50,707 nt of DNA from a virus. Its lineage: Duplodnaviria; Caudoviricetes. Location of the stretch: IMG/VR virus record IMGVR_UViG_3300036801_000089, positions 1 through 50,707 of that record, one strand, 5' to 3'. The first letter of the stretch is position 1; each line of letters starts with the position of its first letter. The notes beneath the pieces are model-generated. The model ran no database searches. It was given only the letters and a program-made list of their open reading frames with translations, and was not told the origin of the DNA. The position numbers and the translations under genes are program-made. Shown piece by piece: positions 1 to 9,698 of the stretch.

Positions 1-394
1 AACCTCGGTGATGATGGCCTTGCGGGACGCATTTTGCGTCGCACTTGGAGCATTTGTTTGGTCGGATTGTTTTCCCTCTGCGAATAGACTTAAAGAGAGC
101 GTTTTGCGCTCTTTTCCGTTCCGGATGCCTTTTTTGCCACAGTCTGAGATTGGCATCTTTTTTAGCTTTATTACGCTTGGCTTCGTATTCTTTGTATTTC
201 TCAGGGTGGAGGCGGTGCCATTCTCGCTGCGATTCCCTGTAGTGGGTCGGATCTGCGCGGAATCGAGCACGTCTTTTTTCAATGTCCCTTGTGTAATGCA
301 ACCGTTTTCTTTTTTCCGCGTATGCGGAGATTTTTTCGGCATTTTTCTTACGCCATTCTCGTTGGTATTCGGGAGTGTGTGAAAGTTTTGACAT
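1..394 (-). CDS. HNH-like homing endonuclease, 3' end runs off the window
   Basis: Manual translation from ATG at 394: MSKLSHTPEYQREWRKKNAEK...RAQNALFKSIRRGKTIRPNKCSKC...QGHHH, a K/R/E-rich N-terminus then CxxC/HH. Not in the ORF track. TAAAAT lies 6 nt before the ATG (leaderless). Confidence 0.7.
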   Translation of the reverse strand, partial: MSKLSHTPEYQREWRKKNAEKISAYAEKRKRLHYTRDIEKRRARFRADPTHYRESQREWHRLHPEKYKEYEAKRNKAKKDANLRLWQKRHPERKRAQNALFKSIRRGKTIRPNKCSKCDAKCVPQGHHHRG

Positions 395-427
395 TGAATA
401 ATTTTACTACAAAGGACGCCAAACCAT

Positions 428-610
428 ATGGCAAAAGATAACTTTCTTTCCAACTTCGATTCTCCTGTTCAGACTCAACCTCCCAAAGGTTCAGCCGAAG
501 GGACAATTCAATATGGCGAAGTAACATCAATTTCTGAGGCTAATGACCCTATGGGAGTTTTACCCCGTGACGCGAAGCCGCGCAATATCGGCCCAGCGTC
601 GAAGGACTAA
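428..610 (+). CDS. small hypothetical head-region protein
   Basis: AAAGGA RBS; co-oriented with head genes. Confidence 0.55.
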   Translation: MAKDNFLSNFDSPVQTQPPKGSAEGTIQYGEVTSISEANDPMGVLPRDAKPRNIGPASKD

Positions 611-615
611 GTTGA

Positions 616-1035
616 GTGGCTTCGCCCCCGAATCCTCTCGGAGGTGGCGGTGCCCCGCCGCAAGGTGGCGGGATGCTTGGGACCATTCTCGGCGCTTTGA
701 GCAATCGAGCCTCGACGAATCCCGGACAGGATTTCTCACAGCAGTCGGCAGCGTTACAAGGTGCCGACCCTTCGATGGTGCTGCGGCAACTGGAATCGGT
801 GAACCAGATGCTCGGCGTGCTGTTCGTAAAGACGTTTCAGACCCTTCCGAACGTGGCAAACCAGATCAGCGCAACGATGAAGGCGCTAAGTCGGGCGATA
901 AAGGAAGGCCAGCAAGCGAGTAACGTCGGGGAAGTGGTTAAAAATTCAGATAGTTCCGGGTCACAGCCGATCAGTTTCAGTGCCGTACAGCAGGGGCAAC
1001 CACCGACCGGAAATGAGCCTCCGCCGAGCACGTAA
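616..1035 (+). CDS. P/G/Q-rich hypothetical head-region protein
   Basis: Tightly packed ORF upstream of the scaffold gene. Confidence 0.65.
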   Translation: MASPPNPLGGGGAPPQGGGMLGTILGALSNRASTNPGQDFSQQSAALQGADPSMVLRQLESVNQMLGVLFVKTFQTLPNVANQISATMKALSRAIKEGQQASNVGEVVKNSDSSGSQPISFSAVQQGQPPTGNEPPPST

Positions 1036-1050
1036 AAGGGGGATTTATTT

Positions 1051-1215
1051 ATGGGAAAACAAGGAAAATGGCGACCAGGTGGCACGGGAACTCCGCATGT
1101 GCCTTCCCCAGCGAGTGCTGGGCCATGCCCGAAGTGCAAGAGCAAGTCCACCGTAACGGTGAAGGACGGGTATGCGTGTAATGCGTGCGGAAATGCCTGG
1201 GGAGGTGTCCGGTGA
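1051..1215 (+). CDS. 54-aa zinc-ribbon microprotein
   Basis: Manual translation MGKQGKWRPGGTGTPHVPSPASAGPCPKCKSKSTVTVKDGYACNACGNAWGGVR; AAGGGGG RBS; stop overlaps the next GTG start (GTGA). Confidence 0.75.
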   Translation: MGKQGKWRPGGTGTPHVPSPASAGPCPKCKSKSTVTVKDGYACNACGNAWGGVR

Positions 1216-2027
1216 GCGTAGATGCGATCAAAAAATTCTTGGAATCAGCGACCGAGTACCCGGACAATACGCCGATCACGATTGGCGAACAGCAGATTCC
1301 TCTTGGATCTCTCCGGCAACTGAATGCCTCTGACCGCGCCGCGCTTTCCGACCGCATCAAGCAAGTCGAAACGAAGGAAAGCGAACTCAACACCCGGCAG
1401 CAGAACATCGTGGACCTGGCGCAGAAGGCACAACAGGCGTATGCAGCCGCCGAAGAAGCCCGCAAAACTGCGACCACACGGCAACCGGAACCCGGCGCCG
1501 ACCCGTTCGCCGATCCGTGGCTTGCTCCGGTAAAAGGCGCACTCGATGCCCGCGACAAGAAGATCGACGACCTCACTAACCAGCTCAAGACCGTGCTGGG
1601 CACCGTGACGCAGGCTGCAACCGTGTGGGCACAAGACCGCTGGGACCGCGAATACGATGGCCTGAACTTTGGCAAGCGCGACAAGAAGCCTACCCGCGAT
1701 GAAATCCTGAAATTCGCCCAAGAAAACAAGCTGGTGGACCGTCACGGAATGCCCTCGATCCGTGAGGCATGGAACAAGATGTCGGAAGCCGACCGCATGG
1801 AAGAAGCACGCAAGGAAGCCATCGAAAAAGGCCGGGAAGAGGGTCGCATGGAAGCGATGGCCGCGCGCGTCACGCCTCCGGGAGTGTCAGGCATCGGGCA
1901 AGGGCCGGCAGCGCAACCGCGCAAGATCGGGCCTGAGACGGACGTGCTGGGCGATTTGTACGGCGACGCGATTAAAGACCCTGAGCTTCGAGCAATGATC
2001 GAGCAAATGGGTCCAGGTTTGATGTAG
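1212..2027 (+). CDS. putative capsid scaffolding protein
   Basis: Coiled-coil, charged protein directly upstream of the major capsid gene; GGAGGT RBS before GTG 1212. Confidence 0.65.
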   Translation: MSVDAIKKFLESATEYPDNTPITIGEQQIPLGSLRQLNASDRAALSDRIKQVETKESELNTRQQNIVDLAQKAQQAYAAAEEARKTATTRQPEPGADPFADPWLAPVKGALDARDKKIDDLTNQLKTVLGTVTQAATVWAQDRWDREYDGLNFGKRDKKPTRDEILKFAQENKLVDRHGMPSIREAWNKMSEADRMEEARKEAIEKGREEGRMEAMAARVTPPGVSGIGQGPAAQPRKIGPETDVLGDLYGDAIKDPELRAMIEQMGPGLM

Positions 2028-2053
2028 GGATTTTTTCCTAAAAGGAGCCTTAA

Positions 2054-3058
2054 ATGGCACTCTCAGTCGGAACTGGAATTAATCAGCCTAGTGCGTTGCT
2101 CGTCAACACGCTGAACTCCATCGCGCAGAAAATGATCTTCCCGAAGGTGGCCGATCTCGTGTTTCAACCGAGTCCGACCTTCAGCTACTTGAACCAGTAC
2201 GCCAAGAAGTACAACGCAGGGGCCGAAATTGTGTACCCCTTGCTGACCACCAAGATCACCACGCGCGGTTCCTACTGGGGCGACCAGCTATTGCCGACTT
2301 CGGCGATTGACGCCATCCAGCCCGCTGACCAGGTGTGGCGCGGCTATTTCCAAGCGGTGACGCTGCCCGTGATGGACATTGTGATTGGCCGCGGCGGTCC
2401 GGTGGGCCTTGATCTGGTAAAGACCTACGTGCAGGCGGCAGCAGGCTCGATGCTGGACATGCTGGCCGAGGCGGTAGCGGGGAACTCGCCATTCAATTCG
2501 GCGACCGACCTTGACTCGATCAGCGCATGGGTACTGTCTACCACGAATACGATTGCGGGCATCAACCGCTCGACGAACACGTTCTGGCAACCGCAGGCGA
2601 ACCAGTCGATTGCTGGCTCGCTGACTCCGGCGAAACTACTGACTGCATATTTCTTGGCGACTTACGGGTACGATGAACCCAACCTGCTGATATTAAATAA
2701 TACCGACTTCGCCAAGTTCGAAGCACAGTTCACGCAGAACTCCAGTTCGGCAGCTTCGACAACCATCATCCGGGCGACTGACAACTACGCGGACACAGCG
2801 CCAATCCAGACTTCGTTCCGGTATCACATGCGGTTCAAGAACGCCGTGGTACTCGCCGACCAGCATTTTCCGGCAGGGACAGGGTATCTGCTGAATACGA
2901 AGTACATATGGATGATCTATAACATGGGGAGCTACTTCCGTATGACCCCGTGGATCATGCCTTCGAACCAGGATGTAATCACGGCGCGCATACATTTGAT
3001 CGCGCAATTGGGCTGCAACCGCCCGATCGCAAACGTAGCCCTCACGAATTTGAGCTAA
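2054..3058 (+). CDS. major capsid protein
   Basis: 334 aa, strong AAGGAG RBS, position after scaffold, capsid-like C-terminus (YLLNTKYI...LGCNRP). Confidence 0.75.
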   Translation: MALSVGTGINQPSALLVNTLNSIAQKMIFPKVADLVFQPSPTFSYLNQYAKKYNAGAEIVYPLLTTKITTRGSYWGDQLLPTSAIDAIQPADQVWRGYFQAVTLPVMDIVIGRGGPVGLDLVKTYVQAAAGSMLDMLAEAVAGNSPFNSATDLDSISAWVLSTTNTIAGINRSTNTFWQPQANQSIAGSLTPAKLLTAYFLATYGYDEPNLLILNNTDFAKFEAQFTQNSSSAASTTIIRATDNYADTAPIQTSFRYHMRFKNAVVLADQHFPAGTGYLLNTKYIWMIYNMGSYFRMTPWIMPSNQDVITARIHLIAQLGCNRPIANVALTNLS

Positions 3059-3090
3059 CGAGATTCGGTAGCAGGACAAGGAGAGTTTCA

Positions 3091-3597
3091 ATGGCAATCA
3101 ATGTCAGTTTAGAGCGCACATTCCCAGGATTTGGTGTCTCCTCACTGCAATCCATCCAACGCGCCACCGGGATTGCCGTCAGTTCGGGGACCACGTACTA
3201 CGTTCCCGGCACATCTTCGAACAGCGTGGCCGGACTCTTGGTGCCCACCGTCACGGTAGGGCGAGTGCGCGTGAAGGTCTACAACGGCAGCGGCACATCT
3301 CCAACGCTGACGAAATTGCAGATCATGGGCTTCGACGGAACGAATAGCGTCGTGATTGCCGACTGGAACTTTGGCACGGCGGTTACGCTGTCCTCGACGA
3401 GCTGGGCCGACCTGATGACTGACTTTATCTGCGATACGGCGCCATCGACGACCAGCGGCGGTGCAGTCGGGTTTTTGATTGGCAGCGCCAGCGCGGTCAC
3501 TGGCAACGGCGGGATTCAGTGCATCAAGGTCATTCCAACGCTGGGCGGCACGGGTCCAGCCTGCACGATGGACGTAGAGATTTTCGGCCTCATTTGA
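3091..3597 (+). CDS. putative capsid decoration/cement protein
   Basis: G/T/S-rich beta protein right after the capsid gene; AGGAG RBS. Confidence 0.5.
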   Translation: MAINVSLERTFPGFGVSSLQSIQRATGIAVSSGTTYYVPGTSSNSVAGLLVPTVTVGRVRVKVYNGSGTSPTLTKLQIMGFDGTNSVVIADWNFGTAVTLSSTSWADLMTDFICDTAPSTTSGGAVGFLIGSASAVTGNGGIQCIKVIPTLGGTGPACTMDVEIFGLI

Positions 3598-3616
3598 GGC
3601 GGGAAACAATTCTCCA

Positions 3617-3675
3617 CTGGTCGGCAGCGAGCCGGGGCTGGGCAAATCGCCCGGTTTCCGGCTCGTACCAGTTTT
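3617..3675 (+). terminator. long hairpin, probable intrinsic terminator or processing site after capsid genes
   Basis: GAGCCGG-GGCTGGGC/GCCCGGT-TTCCGGCTC inverted repeat followed by TTTT. Confidence 0.5.
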
Positions 3676-3686
3676 AGGGGCACAAC

Positions 3687-3986
3687 ATGATTACCGTGTC
3701 TGGCACGAATCTAGTCGGCGACATTGCTACCCTTGCAACGGCTATCTCCCTAGAAGTATCGAGCGTATTCGGACGCACTGGCGACGTAGTAGCGACGTTG
3801 GGAGATTACGATTTCAGCCTGATTAGCGGGACGCTATCCGAATCTCAGTTGCCCGCAGTGATTAGCGATGAGATTGCGAGCCTGCGAGTCAGAGTACAAG
3901 CACTAGAATTGGCACTCGCGGACCTGGGAATCAACGTGGAAGAGTACGAAGCTGAGTACATAGGAGAACACGTAAATGGCTCTTAA
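3687..3986 (+). CDS. short virion protein with tail-fibre-type repeat
   Basis: VSSVFGRTGDVVA..GDYD motif common in phage fibres; C-terminal coiled coil. Confidence 0.55.
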   Translation: MITVSGTNLVGDIATLATAISLEVSSVFGRTGDVVATLGDYDFSLISGTLSESQLPAVISDEIASLRVRVQALELALADLGINVEEYEAEYIGEHVNGS

Positions 3987-4593
3987 CACACAAGGCCAAG
4001 TGGGGTTACAACTTCCCAAGCTGGCGACTGGAGTGAACGCCTCTTTTTCACAAGGGAACCTCGGGGAATCGCTTGTCTCGGAAGTGATGGCACGGTATTA
4101 CCAGCTTTCCTATAACGGGCTTGTATTCACCGCTTCGCATTCGGCGGCGCAGGCACTCTCAGTCAACTCGACCACGTTCACCGGCCTCGCGGTTGCCAAT
4201 CCAGCAAACTCAGGGAAGAATTTGGTTATCTTGGATGTCTCGATTGGATTAGCGTCAGTTCTGACCGCCGTTTGTACGCCGCGCCTTGGGTATGCGGCTA
4301 TAGTCGCGCTCACGGCAGGCAATTCCGTAGGACCAACAGCGGCGATTGTCGGAAACGCTGGCGGGGTAGCCAAAGTGGGAGCGAGCGGAACTCTCGGGGC
4401 GGCTCCGGTCAGTATACGTCCGATCAACGGCGTTCAATGGGTTACCGCAAACGTCACGACAGCGATGATTTATTCTAAGGACGACGTTGGCGGGGCAATC
4501 ATCATCCCGCCTGGGCAGATGCTAACGCTCGACTCCCTCGTTGGAGCGTGTAGCGTACTTGCCGGGATTACTTGGGCAGAGATAGCCGTCTAA
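3976..4593 (+). CDS. putative virion structural protein
   Basis: A/G/T/V-rich; AGGAG RBS; within the structural operon. Confidence 0.6.
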   Translation: MALNTQGQVGLQLPKLATGVNASFSQGNLGESLVSEVMARYYQLSYNGLVFTASHSAAQALSVNSTTFTGLAVANPANSGKNLVILDVSIGLASVLTAVCTPRLGYAAIVALTAGNSVGPTAAIVGNAGGVAKVGASGTLGAAPVSIRPINGVQWVTANVTTAMIYSKDDVGGAIIIPPGQMLTLDSLVGACSVLAGITWAEIAV

Positions 4594-4594
4594 C

Positions 4595-5854
4595 ATGGCA
4601 ACGACTCCCATTGCGCTGTTTAGCGGGTCGCTGGTAGGCGACGTGCTGATTCAGGCCCGCGAAACCGTCCCAGATATGCCCAGTTCGCTGCCCGCGCCCG
4701 TGGCGGCAGCGGCAGTCACGACTCCCGGTACGGGCACGCTCGCGGCAGGCACCTACTTCGTCGAAGTGACGCAGCTAAATCAGTGGGGCGAGACGCTGGC
4801 CTCGACGGAATCCGCGCAACTTACGGTTCTGGCGACCAACGCCATTCAGATCACGTCAGCACTCCAGGTCGGCGCTATTAAAATAAGAGCGTATCTGACG
4901 CAGGCGAATGGCGTTTCCGGTAGCGAATCGCAGTACGTGGAATCGGCGACATCGCCGTTCACGATTCTCGCCCCTCCCACACTCGCGGGATCTCCACCAA
5001 CCCGCAGCACGGCATGGCTCCCTGACTCGGATGGTGGATTCATCTCTGCGGGGGCTATCTATCGCTGGCTGAACGCTGGCATGGAACTCATCGCTCGGAA
5101 CACGGGCGGGTTTCAGGACTATTCGGCGATCGGCAGCGTCATCAATCAGCCGCTCTACCAGATACCGGGAACGTGGAACGCGATTACGGCCATTTGGTAC
5201 GACGGCTACTGGATGGAAGGTGGCGATCCGGGGTACTTCTGGCGACGGAACTCGATTACCAGCCAAGTGTTGTCAAAAGCACACATTTCCGTGAACAACG
5301 GAAGGGCAATCTTGGAAGTGTACCCTCAGCCGGCCAGAACCTCGATCAGCACGACGTTGGTTGGGTCACTGAGCGCCACGGCGACCACGCTGACGCTCGC
5401 AAATGCCGCTTTCACCCTACCATTCGGTTTTGTGTCGATCGGCTCGGAAATCATGGCCTACGCGACTATCAGCGGCAGTACGCTGACGGGCCTGATACGC
5501 GGGCTTGGCGGGACATCAGCCATCGCGCACACGGACGGGGAAACGGCCATCGAGTGCAATATCGCTTGGATGGGCAAACGGCAGTCCTCGCAGACGTTTT
5601 CGCCTGGGCAGTCGCTTTCTGTGTTGCCGATCAGCTCGGGATGGGACCAGCTTCTTGTCCAATACATCGCGGGGCGCGCGAAGATTGTCGAGCATGATAT
5701 GCAGTCGATGAGCGCGTTCCAGCAGGACATGGAAAAACAGATCAAGGCATGGAGCAACGTGAATAAGGGCGTCGTGCGTCGTCGGCAGGTAGGCGGAGGT
5801 AACAGTCCAATCGTGTACTACGGAGACATGGCCGGGGGGATCATCGTACCATGA
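4595..5854 (+). CDS. putative head-tail adaptor protein with inserted domains
   Basis: Position; adaptor-like segments (IYRWLNAG, LEVYPQP, LLVQYIAGRA) interrupted by T/S/G-rich inserts. Confidence 0.5.
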   Translation: MATTPIALFSGSLVGDVLIQARETVPDMPSSLPAPVAAAAVTTPGTGTLAAGTYFVEVTQLNQWGETLASTESAQLTVLATNAIQITSALQVGAIKIRAYLTQANGVSGSESQYVESATSPFTILAPPTLAGSPPTRSTAWLPDSDGGFISAGAIYRWLNAGMELIARNTGGFQDYSAIGSVINQPLYQIPGTWNAITAIWYDGYWMEGGDPGYFWRRNSITSQVLSKAHISVNNGRAILEVYPQPARTSISTTLVGSLSATATTLTLANAAFTLPFGFVSIGSEIMAYATISGSTLTGLIRGLGGTSAIAHTDGETAIECNIAWMGKRQSSQTFSPGQSLSVLPISSGWDQLLVQYIAGRAKIVEHDMQSMSAFQQDMEKQIKAWSNVNKGVVRRRQVGGGNSPIVYYGDMAGGIIVP

Positions 5855-8800
5855 GTTTTCAGCCTTTAACGCAGGGGCCGTGGCTAAAGGGATTGGTTTC
5901 TAGCAATCAGCCGCTCTCGCAGCCAAAGGGTTCATTCCCGCGCGGGTCGAATCTTGTGCTGATGGAGCGCGGTGCGCTGACGCCGTGCGATGGATCGGGA
6001 ATCATCAACTGGTTTAGCGCGGCGGTGCAGAACTCGCAGGGACGATTTATGTCACTGTTTCTGTACGAGCCTACCGGAGTGAATCCGTATTATTTAGCGC
6101 TCGCGCAGGCCAAGGATCAGCATCTCGGAGCACCGATAGCAATTTCCGCGACTCCTTCTACGGGAGGCAGTCTTACTTCGGGAACCACATATTATTATAA
6201 GATTACCGCGCTTGATGGGGTTGGCGGGGAAACGATCGCCTCGAACGAAATCAGTGGGATGCCTTCCGGGGGAAACCTATCCAACACGTTGGTATGGAAT
6301 GTTGTGCCCAATGCGTTTGGCTACAACGTCTATCGCTCGACAACTACCGGCACGGAAATTTTGCTTACTGGTAGCGGTTTGCCGCAGCTTCAACCGAATC
6401 CACTGACAGGAACGGTAACATTTATAGATGCGGGAACAGGAACAACCTCTGTCACAGCATACAACATCGTAGCATCGCCTTCTGGGGCTTTTATTGGACC
6501 TCATTCTTCTGTAGCCGGTTTTGATCTTACCGTCAATCCTGTGGTTATGCAGATTGGGCAAGTTTGGACGGTGGCTGGCTGTGGTGTTGTTGGGACATTT
6601 TCATTCAATCAAGCGTACACCATAACAGCTATTTCTGGAATTAGCATAATGGCCACAGCAACAACCGGAAACACGCAGGCATTTGGACTTGCTAGTGGTG
6701 GAGGAACGATCACTGGAGGTGGAACTTCTCCTCCAGTTTCCGACACGACGCAGCAAACAGTTCTTTTCCTCATGCCGATAGGAATGGTGCCAATTTCCTA
6801 TAGCAACTCCAATATCGTAGCCTACTTCCCGGCTTCCCTTTCCGCTCTCGGACAAGTTCCTACTGGTGGTAGTGGAGGTTCTGGCACTACAGGTCCGGGA
6901 ATCTCATGGCAGGGTTCCTCAACGCCTTCTGGTGGCGTAGCAGGCTTGGTCGGGCCACTCCCGCAGATGAAGCAGTTCACCAATCGCGTGATGATCGCGC
7001 TCGGAAACGGGTTTGCTCCGCAGATGCTTTCCGATGCCAGCGGTACACCTGTGAATCCTGCGTTTACGGGAGCGATTGCCTCAGTATCAGTTTCCGGGGA
7101 TCAAGTGACGGTGACGGTCGCTGGCAGCGTAACGATCACGACTTCCAATCTTCCCGTAGGCTCAAATGTGATTCTTTCAGGGATGAGTGATTCGACCTAC
7201 AACGGAGTTTTTCCGGTGATTACGGTAACTCCCGGAGCGGGTGGAAGTTTTGTGATTCGGAACGTCAATGCTAGTGGCGGTGCGTCTACGGGCACATTCA
7301 CAGTGTCCACGACGCCGATTATCAGCACGTTCGTTCCAGCCTACGATGCTTGGCAATCCGATTCGCCGTATGCACTAAAATCTATCATCGTTCCAGCCAA
7401 TATCCCTTGGGCGCCGAAAGTAGCGTACTCGGCGCAATCTGCGATTATCCCGACTGCTGCAAACGTGAATGGCTTTTACTTTGTGGCCACTGCGGGAGGC
7501 ACCAGTGGCGCGACGGAACCTACCTGGCCGTCGACTATCGGCAATACAGTATCGGATGGCACTGTAACCTGGACTTGTGCGGGATCAACGCTTTACTTCT
7601 ATACGGCAACTCAGGGTGGAACGAGCGCGAATTCCACGCAAAAGGGTCTCTTTGGGACTATTGTGCCAACCACCGTGCCCGCGTTTCCGCAAACCATTGG
7701 AGCAACACTAACCGATGGCAGTGTCATATGGACAAATTCCGGCTTAGTCTCCTCTTCGGCACCACCACCACCCGGCGCAGGCCACATCGAAGTCTACGCA
7801 GGATCACTGTGGGCCTTGAATACCTCACCGACGAACACAGCGAATGGCCTCGATGGTCCCTGTGCTCTCCGCATGTCGAACACCAACAACCCGAATGCTT
7901 GGAACCCGGTGAACCAAGCGTTTCTCGATAAGGACGATGGCGCGGAAGGTATGGGCATGGGGAAATTCACAATCACTGCTCAGGGCATTCCGCCGCAAGG
8001 CTCGCTCATTGCCTTCAAGTACCGCGTGCCCTACCAGATCATCGGCGTATTCGGTGCCAGCAATTTCGCTATTCAGCCGGTTTCCTCGGATATGGGATGC
8101 CTCGCGCCGCGCTCGATCACGTTCGTACCCGGCTACGGACTGATGCGCTATTCACATTTGGGAATCGCCGTGTTCAACGGCTTCCGCGACGAGGTGATTA
8201 GTGAGCAGATCCGGCCGTATCTATTCCCGGTTAATGATTTTGACTCACGCGACATTGTGGTTGCTGATGCTAATTATCTGCCTCTAAGCTGGGCCGCGCA
8301 GACGGCTAATCCGCCCATGTACGCCTTCGCCATGCCGATTGGCAATAGCGGAGGGAAACTCACGCGCATCATGCTCTACGATTTGGTCTTGAAGGCATGG
8401 GCGGCGCCCGCGGACCTCCCGTTTGCGATTGGCTGTATGGCCCAAGTTCAGCCGGTTACGTCGAATCCACTGACGATCCTTGGCGGCTTCAGCGATGGGT
8501 GCCTACAACGCTGGCAGGCCGGCGACGTGAACTGGTACACGGGCGGTGGGGCCGCAGTTCAGGAAGTGGTATGGTCGCTGCGGACGGTGACGGTAGCCTC
8601 GCAGAACTCCAGTCAGAGATTGTGGGCACGCAAGATGATTGTCCGCGGCACGGGATCGAACTCGGATACCGACCTGTTCAGCGTCATCAACGTGCAGATT
8701 CGGCAGAGCGGCGTTGTGCAATCCTCGGTAAACTACAAAATATCGAATCAGGGTGATTTCGACCTGTTCGCGGACATTGGCCTGACGGGATTGCGGTTCG

Positions 8801-8895
8801 ACGCCATTATCAGCGGGGATGACCACCTTGAACTGGATGGGATCGACTGGGCGGTAGAACCGCGTCCGTTTGGCGTTCCGGTTTCAGCAGTTTAG
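5851..8895 (+). CDS. putative tail nozzle/stabilisation protein with accessory inserts
   Basis: 1014 aa after the adaptor; C-terminal DMGCLAPRSI-type propeller segment; FN3-like and TSGATEPTWP...DGTVTWT inserts. Confidence 0.55.
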   Translation: MSFQPLTQGPWLKGLVSSNQPLSQPKGSFPRGSNLVLMERGALTPCDGSGIINWFSAAVQNSQGRFMSLFLYEPTGVNPYYLALAQAKDQHLGAPIAISATPSTGGSLTSGTTYYYKITALDGVGGETIASNEISGMPSGGNLSNTLVWNVVPNAFGYNVYRSTTTGTEILLTGSGLPQLQPNPLTGTVTFIDAGTGTTSVTAYNIVASPSGAFIGPHSSVAGFDLTVNPVVMQIGQVWTVAGCGVVGTFSFNQAYTITAISGISIMATATTGNTQAFGLASGGGTITGGGTSPPVSDTTQQTVLFLMPIGMVPISYSNSNIVAYFPASLSALGQVPTGGSGGSGTTGPGISWQGSSTPSGGVAGLVGPLPQMKQFTNRVMIALGNGFAPQMLSDASGTPVNPAFTGAIASVSVSGDQVTVTVAGSVTITTSNLPVGSNVILSGMSDSTYNGVFPVITVTPGAGGSFVIRNVNASGGASTGTFTVSTTPIISTFVPAYDAWQSDSPYALKSIIVPANIPWAPKVAYSAQSAIIPTAANVNGFYFVATAGGTSGATEPTWPSTIGNTVSDGTVTWTCAGSTLYFYTATQGGTSANSTQKGLFGTIVPTTVPAFPQTIGATLTDGSVIWTNSGLVSSSAPPPPGAGHIEVYAGSLWALNTSPTNTANGLDGPCALRMSNTNNPNAWNPVNQAFLDKDDGAEGMGMGKFTITAQGIPPQGSLIAFKYRVPYQIIGVFGASNFAIQPVSSDMGCLAPRSITFVPGYGLMRYSHLGIAVFNGFRDEVISEQIRPYLFPVNDFDSRDIVVADANYLPLSWAAQTANPPMYAFAMPIGNSGGKLTRIMLYDLVLKAWAAPADLPFAIGCMAQVQPVTSNPLTILGGFSDGCLQRWQAGDVNWYTGGGAAVQEVVWSLRTVTVASQNSSQRLWARKMIVRGTGSNSDTDLFSVINVQIRQSGVVQSSVNYKISNQGDFDLFADIGLTGLRFDAIISGDDHLELDGIDWAVEPRPFGVPVSAV

Positions 8896-8900
8896 GAGAT

Positions 8901-9302
8901 ATTAAAATAATAACTGTCCGCACACTCCGAGAAGAAGAACCGATGCCCCAGCACCTCGGGACTGGCTTCGAGGCTATGCCCGTGATGAAGTCGTTTTGCT
9001 GGGTGGCCGAAAAGGAAGGGCGAATTATCGGGATGCTGCTGGCGGCGCCGTGCCACGGATTGATCTTTCTAATTCGCCTGCGAGTGGCCGAGGGGGCCCC
9101 GGTGACTACCACGGCGCTGCTTTTCCGGCACTGCATGAGGGATGCTAAGGCGATGGGATTCGTAGGCTATTTTTCGTACATTGACCCCGGCAGGGATATG
9201 GAACGAGCACTGATACCGATATGCAGGCGTGCGGGCGGGATTCAGGACATGACTTTGCACGTTCCCTTGGTAGGTTCACTGGAAAAGGCGGCGAGTTTCT
9301 GA
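8901..9302 (+). CDS. GNAT-fold-like protein of the podoviral tail/ejection module (start 8901 ATT or 8943 ATG)
   Basis: CWVAEKEGRIIGML strand motif; position between nozzle and ejection genes. Confidence 0.5.
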   Translation: MKIITVRTLREEEPMPQHLGTGFEAMPVMKSFCWVAEKEGRIIGMLLAAPCHGLIFLIRLRVAEGAPVTTTALLFRHCMRDAKAMGFVGYFSYIDPGRDMERALIPICRRAGGIQDMTLHVPLVGSLEKAASF

Positions 9303-9694
9303 TGCCACAAGCACTACTTCCAGCCATCGCAGCAATTGTGGGAATCGCGGGAACAGGTTTCGGCGTAGTCGAGCAATTGACCCATTCGGGAGGCGCCGCG
9401 CCGAAACCGCCGACCACGCCAGCCGGGGTTACGCCGCAGCAATCGTTGCAGGAAAAGGCGCTGATTAGCCAGCAGCTTCCGAACGTGATTGGACAGACTT
9501 CTGGCCTAACAAGTCAGAATTACGATGAACTGATTGCGCAGATTCTTTCGGGAGTGACAGGCCAGCCGGGGGCAAATGCAGCGGGACAAGCGGCAGGAAA
9601 TCAAGCATTCACTCCCGCAAATAGCCAGCCGACAAACGCGATTGTGAATAACGGAGTTCCTAATCTAGCGGATATTTCTAGTTTCTTAGGGTGA
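9302..9694 (+). CDS. putative ejection/pilot protein
   Basis: Hydrophobic A/G N-terminus then Q/A-rich; position. Confidence 0.55.
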   Translation: MPQALLPAIAAIVGIAGTGFGVVEQLTHSGGAAPKPPTTPAGVTPQQSLQEKALISQQLPNVIGQTSGLTSQNYDELIAQILSGVTGQPGANAAGQAAGNQAFTPANSQPTNAIVNNGVPNLADISSFLG

Positions 9695-9698
9695 ACGA

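Noticed and set aside
8-382. Phe-rich plus-strand ORF resembling a membrane protein
   Set aside because: It is the antisense shadow of the K/E/R-rich HNH gene on the minus strand
1049-1924. Long minus-strand ORFs opposite the scaffold gene, and similar shadows genome-wide
   Set aside because: No RBS or motifs; expected antisense frames in GC-rich coding DNA
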